DNA of 64,000 nt, taken from assembly GCA_030683105.1 (NCBI GenBank), contig JAUXMZ010000037.1:767-64766 (forward strand), read 5' to 3'. The DNA comes from Burkholderiales bacterium. Its GTDB lineage: Bacteria; Pseudomonadota; Gammaproteobacteria; Burkholderiales; SG8-41. Below, piece after piece: positions 1 through 8,541 of the stretch. The first letter of the stretch is position 1, and each line of letters begins with the position of its first letter. The notes under the pieces were generated by a model, which was given only the letters and a program-made list of their open reading frames with translations, was not told the DNA's origin and made no database searches. The position numbers and the translations under genes are program-made.

Positions 1-234
1 GCTGTACCACACCTCGATCGGGCCCTGCGGATGACTGTCTTCGTTGCCCAGCGCAAGCAATGCGACCCGGCCCTCGATCGTGACTCTCAGGTAGCGAAAA
101 TTCGGATTCAGGCTGGCGCTGTCCACGCCTTGGCCCTTGACGGCATACTGCACGGTTTGCACGACCGCGTTCATGCCGGAAGTACAGGCAGAAAGCGCAC
201 AGACCAACAAGACTGCCGCGGCGGGATTACGCAT
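1..234 (-). CDS. YjbF/GfcB-family lipoprotein, N-terminal part (gene runs off the left edge)
   Basis: Not in the ORF track because no stop lies in the window. The reverse-strand ATG at 234 gives MRNPAAAVLLVCALSAC-TSG (signal peptide plus lipobox LSAC), then ...NFRYLRVTIEGRVALLALGNEDSHPQGPIEVWYS, which looks YjbF-like. It lies directly downstream of a YjbE-like gene. Confidence 0.5.
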   Translation of the reverse strand, partial: MRNPAAAVLLVCALSACTSGMNAVVQTVQYAVKGQGVDSASLNPNFRYLRVTIEGRVALLALGNEDSHPQGPIEVWYS

Positions 235-521
235 CTTCACTGCTGCTAAGCCAGGGCCAGGCGCGCAGCCCGAGCAGGCAGATAGCGTTGCGTCTTCCGT
301 ATCATTGCAATGACTTTTCCCCGGAGACCCAAGAAGGACGAAAAAACATGACGCGCGGCGGCACGGCATGCGCGATGGAAAATACTTCAACAGGAAGATA
401 TTTTACAACTATTGAGCGTTTCATAATGGATGACTCTCGAAACGCTCAATCCGAGTACGAACAACGCCATAAAAAAAGCCCTAACTCGCGTTAAGGCTTT
501 TTCAGCGTGCGTGTTGATGAA

Positions 522-833
522 TTACGGCGTGGTGCCGGTAGTTCCCGTGGTCGTGGATGAACTGCCCGACGCCACCGCAGCGACAACAGCCACGCCAATG
601 GCAATAGCGGCGATGGTGCCGACTGTCACTCCGCCAACCGCCGCACCGGTGGCGCCACTTGCGCCTGCAGAACCAGTGCCAGTACCCGTACCCTTACCCG
701 TAACATCATCAGTCTTGGCTTGGGCGACCTGGGCGTTGCCCTTGACCACAGCCTTCGGGGCTTGCTGCGCAAAGCCGAGCGAAGAGGTCGCAAAAAACCC
801 AGATAACGCAATGAACAATATTGTCTTTTTCAT
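522..833 (-). CDS. yjbE: YjbE-like small secreted Gly/Ser/Thr-rich protein (exopolysaccharide-associated)
   Basis: 103 aa. It has a signal peptide (MKKTILFIALSGFFATSSLGFA), low-complexity GTGTGTGSAGASGATGAA and a C-terminal SGSSSTTTGTTGTTP tail. Architecture is as recalled for E. coli YjbE. The overlapping plus-strand ORF 430..858 is its antisense shadow. Confidence 0.5.
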   Translation of the reverse strand: MKKTILFIALSGFFATSSLGFAQQAPKAVVKGNAQVAQAKTDDVTGKGTGTGTGSAGASGATGAAVGGVTVGTIAAIAIGVAVVAAVASGSSSTTTGTTGTTP

Positions 834-1087
834 GTTGACTTACTCCGTCATTTCTTAGGAAAGGTTTTATAATCAGTGCTAACACCACAAACGAATTATT
901 ATTTCGTTTTTGTTTTATTTTTTTGTAAGGCGCCTCTTCCCGTAAAAAATAACAACGAACACCATCCCGGACCCTTGATAATACACACTTTTAATAAAAA
1001 ATATAACCCCATTCCACCTCATGATAAATAGCCTGAAACAGGTATATTATTGAATAATATCAATAAGATACTCCAAATACTGAGAGC

Positions 1088-1277
1088 GTGATTCGTACCC
1101 TCCGGGTATTTGCTTTGCGGCATGGTTCGTTGTACGTGGTACGTGGCTCGTGACCGTCAAGCGTACCCGCTTGACGGGTACGACCCACGACCCACGACCT
1201 TTGACACTAATCACTAATCACCAGTCACCAATCACTGGGGTTAGCACGAGCCACGTACAACGAACCACGTACCACGT
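1088..1277. repeat. Composite repeat island (heptamer tracts, 27-nt P box, stem-loop) arranged as an imperfect large palindrome
   Basis: P box CCCTCCGGGTATTTGCTTTGCGGCATG at 1098-1124. Stem-loop GTACCCGCTTGACGGGTAC at 1163-1181. CGTGGTACGTGGCTCGTG (1134-1151) is mirrored by CACGAGCCACGTAC...CCACGTACCACG (1246-1277), and TAATCAC-type heptamers lie at 1207-1233. Confidence 0.9.
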
Positions 1278-1352
1278 TATTATGGTGTTTGCGGTGACGA
1301 TTAAACCTATAACCAGCAGCACTGCCCCTCTATCGCCGGCCTCCAGGTTCCC

Positions 1353-2939
1353 ATGAAAATACGCCTCCCATCATTCATCATCGCCGGCCTGCTGGTGGTC
1401 TTCTTCGCACTCGCCATCACCCAGCGCCCCCAGACCTTTTACCCTGAGGTTGATATCGATGTAGATGCTTCTGGCGGACCTCTCACGCTCAGCTTTCTCT
1501 TCAACAGCCGCCCAACATTACAGAACTGTGAAGCCCTTACCGGCAACATCGCGCGGGTGGTGCTCAAACAGTGCCCGCAATGCCGCGTCAAACTCATCCA
1601 ATGCGACAGCACCTTGGATCAAACCCAAATAAACCTGCTCAGCAACGACCCGCTGAGCACGCCTTCCGGGCGCATGGCCAACGGCGTCCTCATCTTCCGC
1701 TCCACCAACATGGATCTCGCCCTCGCGAGCTGCCAGGCCACCGAAAAACAGTCTGCCGCCGGGATCAATCCGGTCAAATGCTATCCCGCCAACACCCCGC
1801 GCATGAAGCCCGATGCCCGGTCAGTGCTCAGCCTATGGTCCCTGGTGGTCCTGTTTGCCGCGTTCGCCGCCGCCTGGTTCTCCGGCTGGCTCATCGTCAA
1901 ATACGAACACCTGCATGCCCATCTCTCGCATGACCACGTCGGCACCGGCCCGCAGAAAAATCACGCCCAACCCACGCCCCGCATCGGCGGGCTGGCGGTC
2001 ATGGTCGGCCTGCTGGTGGCCGGAGGAATCATGCTCTTCGCCGACGCCTTGCCGGGTGAACGCGAATTCGGGCTCCTGCTGATCGCTAGTGTTCCAGCCT
2101 TTGTCGGCGGCCTGGTCGAAGACATCATCAAGAAAGTCAGTGTGTCCGATCGCCTGCTGCTCACCATGCTCTCCGGTGCAGCCGCCGCCTGGCTGCTGGG
2201 AGCCGCGCTCAACCGGCTGGGTATCCCCGGCGTTGATCAGGCGCTATCGTGGCTGCCCTTCGCGGTGATATTCACCATTTTCGCCGTTGGCGGCATTGCC
2301 AACGCCATCAACATCATCGACGGCTACAACGGGCTGGCCACCGGATTCGCGATCATCGTGCTTGCCGCCATGGCTTTTGTTGCCCATCTGATCGGCGACA
2401 ACCTGATCTTTACTACTGCCCTGGCCATGGCCGGGGCCTTGTTCGGTTTTATGGCCTGGAACTGGCCCGGCGGCAAAATCTTTCTGGGGGATGCCGGCGC
2501 CTATCTGCTTGGCTTTATCCTGGCCGAGTTGTCTGTGCTGCTGGTCGTGCGCAACCCGGAAGTTTCGCCCTGGTTCCCGCTGGTGCTGTTGATCTACCCG
2601 GTGTTCGAGACCTTCTTTTCCATCTACCGTCGCAAGTTCATGCAGGGACTCTCCGCGATGCAGCCGGATAACAAGCACCTGCATCAACTGATCCACGACA
2701 ACGTAGTCCCGCGTGGTGTTCGCTCCGGCGCCCGCCTGAACAAGCTCGATGCCAACAACCGTGTTGCTAAGTATATTTGGTTGCATGCCATCGTCACTGC
2801 CGTGCTGGGTTGCCTCTTCTGGCAATCAACACCGGTGCTGATCGGCATCGCCATCGCCTACTGCGTCTTCTATTTCGTCAGCTATCGGCAGATCGTCCAA
2901 TGGAAAGCGGTGCCTGCCGGATCGCGGAAGCGGGTCTGA
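1353..2939 (+). CDS. Polyprenyl-phosphate sugar-phosphate transferase (MraY/WecA GT4 family) with an extra N-terminal domain
   Basis: 528 aa. The polytopic C-terminal part carries the family signature NAINIIDGYNGLATG and ...PTPRIGGLAV.... The first ~170 aa form a TM-flanked Cys-containing segment not expected in plain WecA. Confidence 0.8.
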   Translation: MKIRLPSFIIAGLLVVFFALAITQRPQTFYPEVDIDVDASGGPLTLSFLFNSRPTLQNCEALTGNIARVVLKQCPQCRVKLIQCDSTLDQTQINLLSNDPLSTPSGRMANGVLIFRSTNMDLALASCQATEKQSAAGINPVKCYPANTPRMKPDARSVLSLWSLVVLFAAFAAAWFSGWLIVKYEHLHAHLSHDHVGTGPQKNHAQPTPRIGGLAVMVGLLVAGGIMLFADALPGEREFGLLLIASVPAFVGGLVEDIIKKVSVSDRLLLTMLSGAAAAWLLGAALNRLGIPGVDQALSWLPFAVIFTIFAVGGIANAINIIDGYNGLATGFAIIVLAAMAFVAHLIGDNLIFTTALAMAGALFGFMAWNWPGGKIFLGDAGAYLLGFILAELSVLLVVRNPEVSPWFPLVLLIYPVFETFFSIYRRKFMQGLSAMQPDNKHLHQLIHDNVVPRGVRSGARLNKLDANNRVAKYIWLHAIVTAVLGCLFWQSTPVLIGIAIAYCVFYFVSYRQIVQWKAVPAGSRKRV

Positions 2940-2949
2940 AAAGGGGACG

Positions 2950-3246
2950 CTACTTGTAGCCGTCTTCTCGTTGGTGCTTGATAGCGAGAATCGTCACGAC
3001 ATCCAAAGAGGATTCGAAGCGGTACAAGGCAAGGTAGCCAGTGGCGCCAAAGTCGATCACAAGCTCACGAAGATCATCATAGTCTTCCACCGGCCTGCCT
3101 ATCATGTGAGATTGTTTGAGCGGCATAAACGCCTCGCGGATCGCAAGCACGGCCCGTTTCGCGGCGTTTGAATCTTTACCGAGCAGAAATGTGTGAAGCC
3201 GGTATATATCGGATTGCGCTCGTGCAGACAGTCTTACGTGTGGCAT
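2950..3246 (-). CDS. parE: ParE/RelE-fold type II toxin
   Basis: 98 aa. ...RLHTFLLGKD...RPVEDYDDLRELVIDFGATGYLALYRFESSLDVVTILAIKHQRE is typical of plasmid-stabilisation ParE toxins. It overlaps the upstream antitoxin gene. Confidence 0.8.
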   Translation of the reverse strand: MPHVRLSARAQSDIYRLHTFLLGKDSNAAKRAVLAIREAFMPLKQSHMIGRPVEDYDDLRELVIDFGATGYLALYRFESSLDVVTILAIKHQREDGYK

Positions 3247-3542
3247 GCCGTGATGGGCGCATCAGGATTCTGTTGTACGTCATCTACCCACGCGCTGAAC
3301 TCATCGAGCGTAATATGCAATCCCGTTTCCTTGTAGTGCTCGAAGGATTTATCGGCGGCCTTGATAAAATTTTGTCGCGCTTCTTCACGCTGCACGTATT
3401 CGAGAATGGCTTCCTTCATGAGGTAATGCGGGGTGCGCTTCTTCATGGCAGCCAGCGAAGCAATCCGGTCGCGGTCAGCAGGGTCGAGTTTGATCGTGAC
3501 CGTACCGGGAGAACGTGGTTTTTCGATAGCAGACGTTTTCAT
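3234..3542 (-). CDS. parD: Ribbon-helix-helix (CopG/ParD-like) antitoxin
   Basis: ORF 3234..3599 trimmed to the internal ATG at 3542 (MKTSAIEKPRSPGTVTIKLDPADRDRIASLAAMKKRTPHYLMKEAILEYV...). It has an RHH-type N-terminus and is paired with ParE. Confidence 0.7.
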   Translation of the reverse strand: MKTSAIEKPRSPGTVTIKLDPADRDRIASLAAMKKRTPHYLMKEAILEYVQREEARQNFIKAADKSFEHYKETGLHITLDEFSAWVDDVQQNPDAPITACHT

Positions 3543-3718
3543 GGCAGCACCAAGTGTTAAAAGGTAACACCATTTTAATTGGCAAGCCAGGTAAGTCAAG
3601 CAAAAACAAAGCTCCCCCTGTCATTGCGAGGAGCGACGCCGAGGACGGCTCCGCGGTGAAGGCGGAGTTCATGCCCTTTCAGGGCGGCGACCGGAAGGCA
3701 GCTTGACCGGGGTTCAAC

Positions 3719-3824
3719 GTATCACGAATCACGATTCACGAACCACGAACCACGTACCACGAACCATGCCGCAAAGCAAATACCCGGAGGGTACGAATCA
3801 CGATTCACGATTCACGAATCACGG
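3719..3824. repeat. Heptamer tract island with a reverse-oriented P box
   Basis: CACGAAT/CACGATT/CACGAAC units flank CATGCCGCAAAGCAAATACCCGGAGGG (3765-3791). Confidence 0.9.
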
Positions 3825-3910
3825 CGCAAATCATTGGGTAGCGTCCCCTATACAAGTGGAGTGGGAAATACCCACTTGACCAATAGCCCACAATAAGCGA
3901 GACTTACGAG

Positions 3911-4198
3911 ATGGCAACCCACACCCAAACCCGCCACAAAAACACCGATTCCAAGGGCCGAGTGACACTTGGCGGCCACTTCGCGAACCGCGCTGTTATC
4001 GTCGAGCACCGGAGCGCCGACGAGGTCGTAATCCGGCTCGCGCGCGTGATCCCGGAGCGCGAAGTATGGCTCTACGAAAACCCAAAAGCCCTGGCATCGG
4101 TGCGGCGTGGACTTGACCAGGCCCGCAAGGGCAACATCACGAAGAACCCGCCGGATCTGAAAGCGGCTGCGAAACTCGCCGAGCAGCTTAAGAGTTAA
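3911..4198 (+). CDS. AbrB/SpoVT-type antitoxin
   Basis: 95 aa. The N-terminal ...DSKGRVTLGGHFANRAVIVE... swapped-hairpin motif is present. It sits 6 nt upstream of a RelE-fold toxin gene. Confidence 0.65.
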   Translation: MATHTQTRHKNTDSKGRVTLGGHFANRAVIVEHRSADEVVIRLARVIPEREVWLYENPKALASVRRGLDQARKGNITKNPPDLKAAAKLAEQLKS

Positions 4199-4204
4199 GG
4201 ACTG

Positions 4205-4555
4205 ATGCCCTTTACGCTTGTCTGGCTTGAGGCGTCAGCGGACACCTTTCACGAGCTTGAAGCGGCGGCCCGGAAGTCGCTCGAGAACCGGCAGAAATCC
4301 AGGAAAGCAAAGACCTCGAAGCAGGAGGGTCTCTTCAAGCAAGTCGTAAAGTGCGTTGAACTCCTCCAGGCAAACCCGCGCCACCCGGGCCTCAAGACAC
4401 ACGAATACGACTCAATCGAGAACCCCTACGATCCTGACACGAAGGTCTTCGAGGCGTACGTTCAGAACCGCACGCCCGGCGCCTACCGCGTCTTCTGGTG
4501 CTACGGTCCAAAGAAGGACGAGATCACGATCATCGCCATCACGCCGCATCCGTGA
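4205..4555 (+). CDS. RelE/ParE-superfamily type II toxin
   Basis: 116 aa. The C-terminal ...FEAYVQNRTPGAYRVFWCYGPKKDEITIIAITPHP is typical of RelE-fold toxins. Confidence 0.7.
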   Translation: MPFTLVWLEASADTFHELEAAARKSLENRQKSRKAKTSKQEGLFKQVVKCVELLQANPRHPGLKTHEYDSIENPYDPDTKVFEAYVQNRTPGAYRVFWCYGPKKDEITIIAITPHP

Positions 4556-4608
4556 GGTAGACTACGGCTATAATCAGCAACTGATCGGCTGGCTTGAGGA
4601 GTGCTTCC

Positions 4609-4833
4609 ATGAATTATCGCGACATCATCACTATCGAGTCGGGCAAACGAAGCGGCAAACCCTGCATTCGCGGGATGCGCATCACGGTCTACGACGTGCT
4701 CGACTACCTTGCATCGGGCATGAGTATCGAGGACGTGCTGCGTGACTTCCCTTACCTGACGCGCGAGGACATCAATGCGTGCCTTGCCTACGCAGCTGAT
4801 CGCGAGCGCGGCCAGCTCGTTGCCAAGGCGTGA
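4609..4833 (+). CDS. DUF433 antitoxin-like protein
   Basis: MNYRDIITIESGKRSGKPCIRGMRITVYDVLDYLASGMSIEDVLRDFPYLTREDINACLAYA is the DUF433 signature. It has a 4-nt overlap with a DUF5615 gene. Confidence 0.8.
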   Translation: MNYRDIITIESGKRSGKPCIRGMRITVYDVLDYLASGMSIEDVLRDFPYLTREDINACLAYAADRERGQLVAKA

Positions 4834-5162
4834 AGCTGCTGTTCGACCAGAACCTCTCTCCGTTTCTTGCAAGCCGACTGGCGGACATTTTTCCCGAATC
4901 GGCGCACGTTCTGGATGTCGGACTGGACAGGGCCGACGACGCCGCCGTATGGAACTACGCCCGCGCCAACAGCTTCATCATCGTGTCGAAGGATTCCGAT
5001 TTCCACGAGCGCAGCGTGTTCTCGGGCGCGCCACCCAAGGTAGTATGGATCAGAAGGGGCAATTGCTCCACCGAAACCATCGAGCAGTTGATGCGCGTGC
5101 ATGCCGGTGATATCACGAACCTGTTGACCGATGATGCTGCGCGTTTTCTGATCCTCTTCTGA
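4830..5162 (+). CDS. DUF5615 (PIN-like/Mut7-C-like) putative toxin
   Basis: 110 aa. MKLLFDQNLSPFLASRLADIFPESAHV...IIVSKDSDF... It is the canonical partner of DUF433. Confidence 0.75.
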   Translation: MKLLFDQNLSPFLASRLADIFPESAHVLDVGLDRADDAAVWNYARANSFIIVSKDSDFHERSVFSGAPPKVVWIRRGNCSTETIEQLMRVHAGDITNLLTDDAARFLILF

Positions 5163-5317
5163 GCCGGATAGCGTGGGCTGAGCCCAACGAAATCGGCAGC
5201 AATGAGGATGCTGCGTCTCTCGTAGCGCCCGGTGGTATGAAATATCGCGTGGTGCGTGATAGGATGTACTTCACATGTTCAGCAAGCGCTTCGGGAAGTC
5301 GATAGTGATAACGGACC

Positions 5318-5491
5318 ATGAAGACAATTTACTATCCGCAGGACGACATTCTGGAAATCCACCTGAGTGACAAACCCGTTGCCCGTGAGGTGTCGCAAGA
5401 CTGAAATGTGAATGTCAGCTACGCCGAGGACGGTTCCGTCGTGGAACTGGTGATTCTGGACGCGGTGAAGGCGGGGTTCATGCCCCACTAA
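5318..5491 (+). pseudogene. DUF2283-family gene interrupted by an in-frame TGA
   Basis: ATG at 5318 gives MKTIYYPQDDILEIHLSDKPVAREVSQD. A TGA follows at 5402-5404, and the same frame then continues NVNVSYAEDGSVVELVILDAVKAGFMPH to the stop at 5489-5491. The two halves together match the DUF2283 layout. Confidence 0.6.
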
Positions 5492-5566
5492 TCACCAATT
5501 ATTCATTTCAATACCCCCTTGAGGGGTACTAATTACCAATCACTGGTTTTAATCGCCAATCACCAG
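5489..5566. repeat. Repeat island (AATCACC-type heptamers plus stem-loop module)
   Basis: TAATCACCAATTATTCATTTCAATACCCCCTTGAGGGGTACTAATTACCAATCAC.... The same module recurs at 6816-6870. Confidence 0.85.
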
Positions 5567-5581
5567 CCGCCGGAGACGGCC

Positions 5582-6118
5582 TCAGACGGCTAGCAGACGC
5601 TGCATATCCCGCTGGAAGGCCGGTTCCAAGTCCAGGTCATGCAACTCTTTGGCAAGATTGAACTGTCTGTTTGTCTTGGCCACCTCCAACAAACTATCCT
5701 CTATCTCATAGTTTCCGCGGCTCTTTAGCCAGTCGAGAACAGTTGCAAGGTGCCAGATAGTCGGCGTCCCTTCGTGTACCGGAGGAGGGAATACCGAATT
5801 CACCTGGATTGCCAACTTCCGAATGTTCTGCCGGCTGAAACCCAGGAGCTTCGCAATATCGGTCAGTCCAACAAAATCAGGAGCAGCCTCAACAAGTTCT
5901 GTATCCGGGATGGCTCGCTTGACATCAGCGAAGGCGCTTAGTACAGCTTCCGAAGCGGACTTTGCTTCTCGCGTGAAGTCGAGACCGATTCGACCTGGTT
6001 GTCCAATCCCCACCAAGGCATCTGTGCAGCCTGCTTCACCCAGACGCTCAACGAGCTCGTCAATGTTCGCCTCAGGGCTCTTGAGGGCTAATTTCAAGGT
6101 GAATTGATATTCAGTCAT
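5582..6118 (-). CDS. Helix-turn-helix DNA-binding protein of unknown function
   Basis: ORF 5582..6184 trimmed to the ATG at 6118 (MTEYQFTLKLALKSPEANIDELVERLGEAGCTDALVGIG...). The central ...GLTDIAKLLGFSRQNIRKLA... looks like an HTH. The family was not firmly recognised. Confidence 0.45.
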   Translation of the reverse strand: MTEYQFTLKLALKSPEANIDELVERLGEAGCTDALVGIGQPGRIGLDFTREAKSASEAVLSAFADVKRAIPDTELVEAAPDFVGLTDIAKLLGFSRQNIRKLAIQVNSVFPPPVHEGTPTIWHLATVLDWLKSRGNYEIEDSLLEVAKTNRQFNLAKELHDLDLEPAFQRDMQRLLAV

Positions 6119-6249
6119 CGTCGTTCTCCTGGCCGGTGGCACTGCCCTCCACCGCGCGATTGCGCGGGTTGCAATTATCGACATCCATTCGCTTCCGCAT
6201 GTCGCAGGGCGCCTTCTACTTCTTTCTTAGGGTGTGATGTTCTTGCCAT
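6111..6249 (-). pseudogene. Possible remnant of a small gene once coupled to the HTH gene
   Basis: ATG at 6249 reads MARTSHPKKEVEGALRHAEANGCR then stops. A +1 frame continues DVDNCNPRNRAVEGSATGQENDDD and ends in GATGACTGA, overlapping the downstream ATG. This suggests an internal deletion. Identification is weak. Confidence 0.2.
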
Positions 6250-6416
6250 GAACTCTCGATTCGAAAAGTAGCACTCGCCTGAAGAGTTGTCAAGTGACAA
6301 CTCTGCGCGTAAAGAGGACGCCACCCAATGGCACTACCTTGAGCAAAACACCTTTCCAATCAATTGGATAAGAAGTTTGAGCTTCCCTCTGTTTTTCGTC
6401 TCCCAAGGGTGCGGTC

Positions 6417-6611
6417 TCAAGCCGCCATTTTCTGCTCATACTGAGCCTTGATCCGGTCCTGCAGGAACCGAATCGGCGACTTGTAGCCGAGCGTGGAGTG
6501 GCGACGACTCCGGTTATAAAACACCTCGATGTAATCGAACAGACCGGCCATAGCCTCGGCGCGGGTCGCATAGCGCGTGACATGCACCCGTTCGTTCTTC
6601 AGGCTGTTGAA
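6417..6611 (-). mobile_element. IS3-family transposase C-terminal remnant
   Basis: ...FNSLKNERVHVTRYATRAEAMAGLFDYIEVFYNRSRRHSTLGYKSPIRFLQD... is the end of a DDE integrase-core OrfB. Upstream of it the sequence switches into the repeat island. Confidence 0.8.
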
Positions 6612-6614
6612 GGG

Positions 6615-6875
6615 TGCGCTCGACGGGTACGAACCATGCCGCAAAGCAAATACCCGGAGGGTGCCAATCACTAATTACCAATCACTGCCTTTAACACCAA
6701 TCACCGGTTCTAGTCACGATTCACGAACCATGCCGCAAAGCAAATACCCGGAGGGTACGAACCACGTAACACGAACCACGGCCTTTCTCACGAATCGCGG
6801 CCTTTGATTCACCAATCACCAATTATTCATTTCAATACCCCTTGGGAGGTACTAATTACCAATTACTAATCACGG
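6615..6875. repeat. Large composite repeat island (two reverse P boxes, heptamers, stem-loop module)
   Basis: P boxes at 6635-6661 and 6729-6755. CAATCAC/CACGAAC units are present, and CATTTCAATACCCCTTGGGAGGTACTAATTACC lies at 6826-6860. Confidence 0.9.
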
Positions 6876-6880
6876 CCCTT

Positions 6881-7005
6881 GATCTTCTGGCCATCAATCA
6901 CATAGTCTGTGGAGTAATGCACCAACACCGCACCAAGGGCCTGTCCCTCTTCGGCTAAAACTCCGGGGGCTGCGGCATTTACAGCGAGAGCAACAGAGTT
7001 GGCCC
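6881..7005 (-). pseudogene. Fragment resembling dTDP-4-dehydrorhamnose reductase (RmlD)
   Basis: Reverse translation gives ...VNAAAPGVLAEEGQALGAVLVHYSTDYVIDGQKI, matching the RmlD NAxAP...LA...GAxLVHxSTDYVFDG region. It is cut off by the repeat island. Confidence 0.35.
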
Positions 7006-7100
7006 CAAACGCCCACGCTCATTGCCTGCGTCGGTGCCTTCTGCGTGTTTTACGTGGCGCAATACCGGCAGCTTGAGCGGTGAGGATATCGCACAAGTGA

Positions 7101-7778
7101 TCAAATCCGCCCCCTGACCAAATACAAAATCCACGCCAGCGACTCGTAACAAACCGTTTGCCAGCGACCCAGACCTTTTACCAAGGAATACTTGGTCAGG
7201 CTCGTGCTTGCACCTGTTTGGTAGTCCACAGGATACGGAGTCACATTCCAGCCAGTATGCCGGAATGTCGCCAGGGCGCGCGGCATGTGGGCGGCAGAGG
7301 TCAACAACAACCAAGGTCGATGAATATCCATGCCAGGTAAGACCGCCGTGAATGTCGAGTTTTCGTACGTCGTAGTTGAGGTATGTTCATAAATCACACG
7401 AGGCTCCTCAATGCCCATTCCTTTGAAAAACAGCATTGCCTGCCTGGCCTGCGGCGCCTTGCCTGACTTGGGATCAACTTCCCCCCCGGTGTAGACCAAT
7501 TGCAAATGTGGAAACGCGCGTAGAAGCGCGACAGGTTCCGTCATGCGCTCAGCCGCCTCATTCAGCAGCACCGTTCTGCGTGTTTCCCAGATGCTGCCGG
7601 TATACAAGGCGCCACCCAGAACGACAATACCCGCATATGCGGCCAACGAGCTATCCGGCTTCGCGTGCCGATCTTCAAACAAGCGCAGGCATGCATCGGG
7701 TAACGGCAACCACCCGATCAAGAATACGAAGCCAAGCGCCCAGACCAAGCCGCGCGGGATAAATCGCTTAACGGCCAT
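7101..7778 (-). CDS. DUF218 (YdcF/ElyC/SanA-family) protein
   Basis: ORF 7101..7988 trimmed to MAVKRFIPRGLVWALGFVFLIGW.... It has ...GIVVLGGAL..., ...TGGEVDPK... and TSTTTYENS... motifs typical of DUF218. Confidence 0.65.
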   Translation of the reverse strand: MAVKRFIPRGLVWALGFVFLIGWLPLPDACLRLFEDRHAKPDSSLAAYAGIVVLGGALYTGSIWETRRTVLLNEAAERMTEPVALLRAFPHLQLVYTGGEVDPKSGKAPQARQAMLFFKGMGIEEPRVIYEHTSTTTYENSTFTAVLPGMDIHRPWLLLTSAAHMPRALATFRHTGWNVTPYPVDYQTGASTSLTKYSLVKGLGRWQTVCYESLAWILYLVRGRI

Positions 7779-8541
7779 CACCCAGAAAGCGCTGCCGGGC
7801 CGCTGCGCGCAATACATTCCATAAAAAAATGGGTGCCGAAACAAACATTCGCCGCCACAAACGCCGCGGTTCCTGCAGCAAACGCGGTAGCCACTCCAGC
7901 CCCAATCTCTGAAAAATTGGGTGAGATCGTTTAACTCGCCCAGTATAAAAATCAAAAACCGCACCAATCGCTGCTGCGAAGCGCACATCCAATCGATGCA
8001 AATTCTGATAAATCCACTTCTCCTGCTTTGGTGCCGTCATCCCAACCCAAAGAATATCTGGACTAACCCGATTGATAGCTGCGATCATCGTCTCCAACTC
8101 TTTCTCGGTGTAGTCTTGCTTAAATGGTGGCGAATAGCTTCCTGCGAATCGAACTTGTGGATAATCCCGTTCCATCCTTACCCGTATTTCCTCCAGGCGA
8201 TCTGGAGTGGAACCAAGAAAAAAAACACTAAGTCTGCCAAGCTCATTCGCTTTGGAATTCAACGCATAAAAAATGTCACTGCCCGTTATGCGCTGACGAA
8301 TATTCCCACCAAGTAAATAAGACGCAAGCACAATGCCGCTACCATCCGGAATCAACCAGTCAGCTCCGTGCAATGCATCTGAAAATTCACTTTCATCCAA
8401 TGCGGCCACATAGGAATGAGGATTGATACAAGCCAGCCAGCATGGAGAAACATTATTAGTGATCCGCGACACTACAGAATCCACACACTGCTCAAGCGAC
8501 CCGGAATAAACGGTGTAACTCAATATATTCCGATACGTCAT
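7768..8541 (-). CDS. WecG/TagA/CpsF-family glycosyltransferase (GT26)
   Basis: 257 aa. ...NPHSYVAA...ADWLIPDGSGIVLAS...FFLGSTP...ILWVGMTAPKQEKWI... is the GT26 pattern. Confidence 0.8.
   Translation of the reverse strand: MTYRNILSYTVYSGSLEQCVDSVVSRITNNVSPCWLACINPHSYVAALDESEFSDALHGADWLIPDGSGIVLASYLLGGNIRQRITGSDIFYALNSKANELGRLSVFFLGSTPDRLEEIRVRMERDYPQVRFAGSYSPPFKQDYTEKELETMIAAINRVSPDILWVGMTAPKQEKWIYQNLHRLDVRFAAAIGAVFDFYTGRVKRSHPIFQRLGLEWLPRLLQEPRRLWRRMFVSAPIFLWNVLRAAARQRFLGDGR

Noticed and set aside
430-858. 142-aa plus-strand ORF overlapping the yjbE-like gene
   Set aside because: It is the antisense frame of a low-complexity Gly/Ala/Thr-rich gene. The minus-strand product has a proper signal peptide and YjbE-like architecture.
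5163-5317. DUF4258 toxin remnant upstream of the DUF2283 gene
   Set aside because: Manual three-frame translation gave only a weak ...SIVITDHE... resemblance to the ...ITVY.P... end of DUF4258. This is not enough to call.
5402-5404. In-frame TGA in the DUF2283 gene as programmed recoding (selenocysteine or Trp)
   Set aside because: There is no SECIS-like hairpin directly downstream. All other genes in the window use TGA as a normal stop, and other toxin/antitoxin genes nearby are plainly decaying. A pseudogene is the simpler reading.
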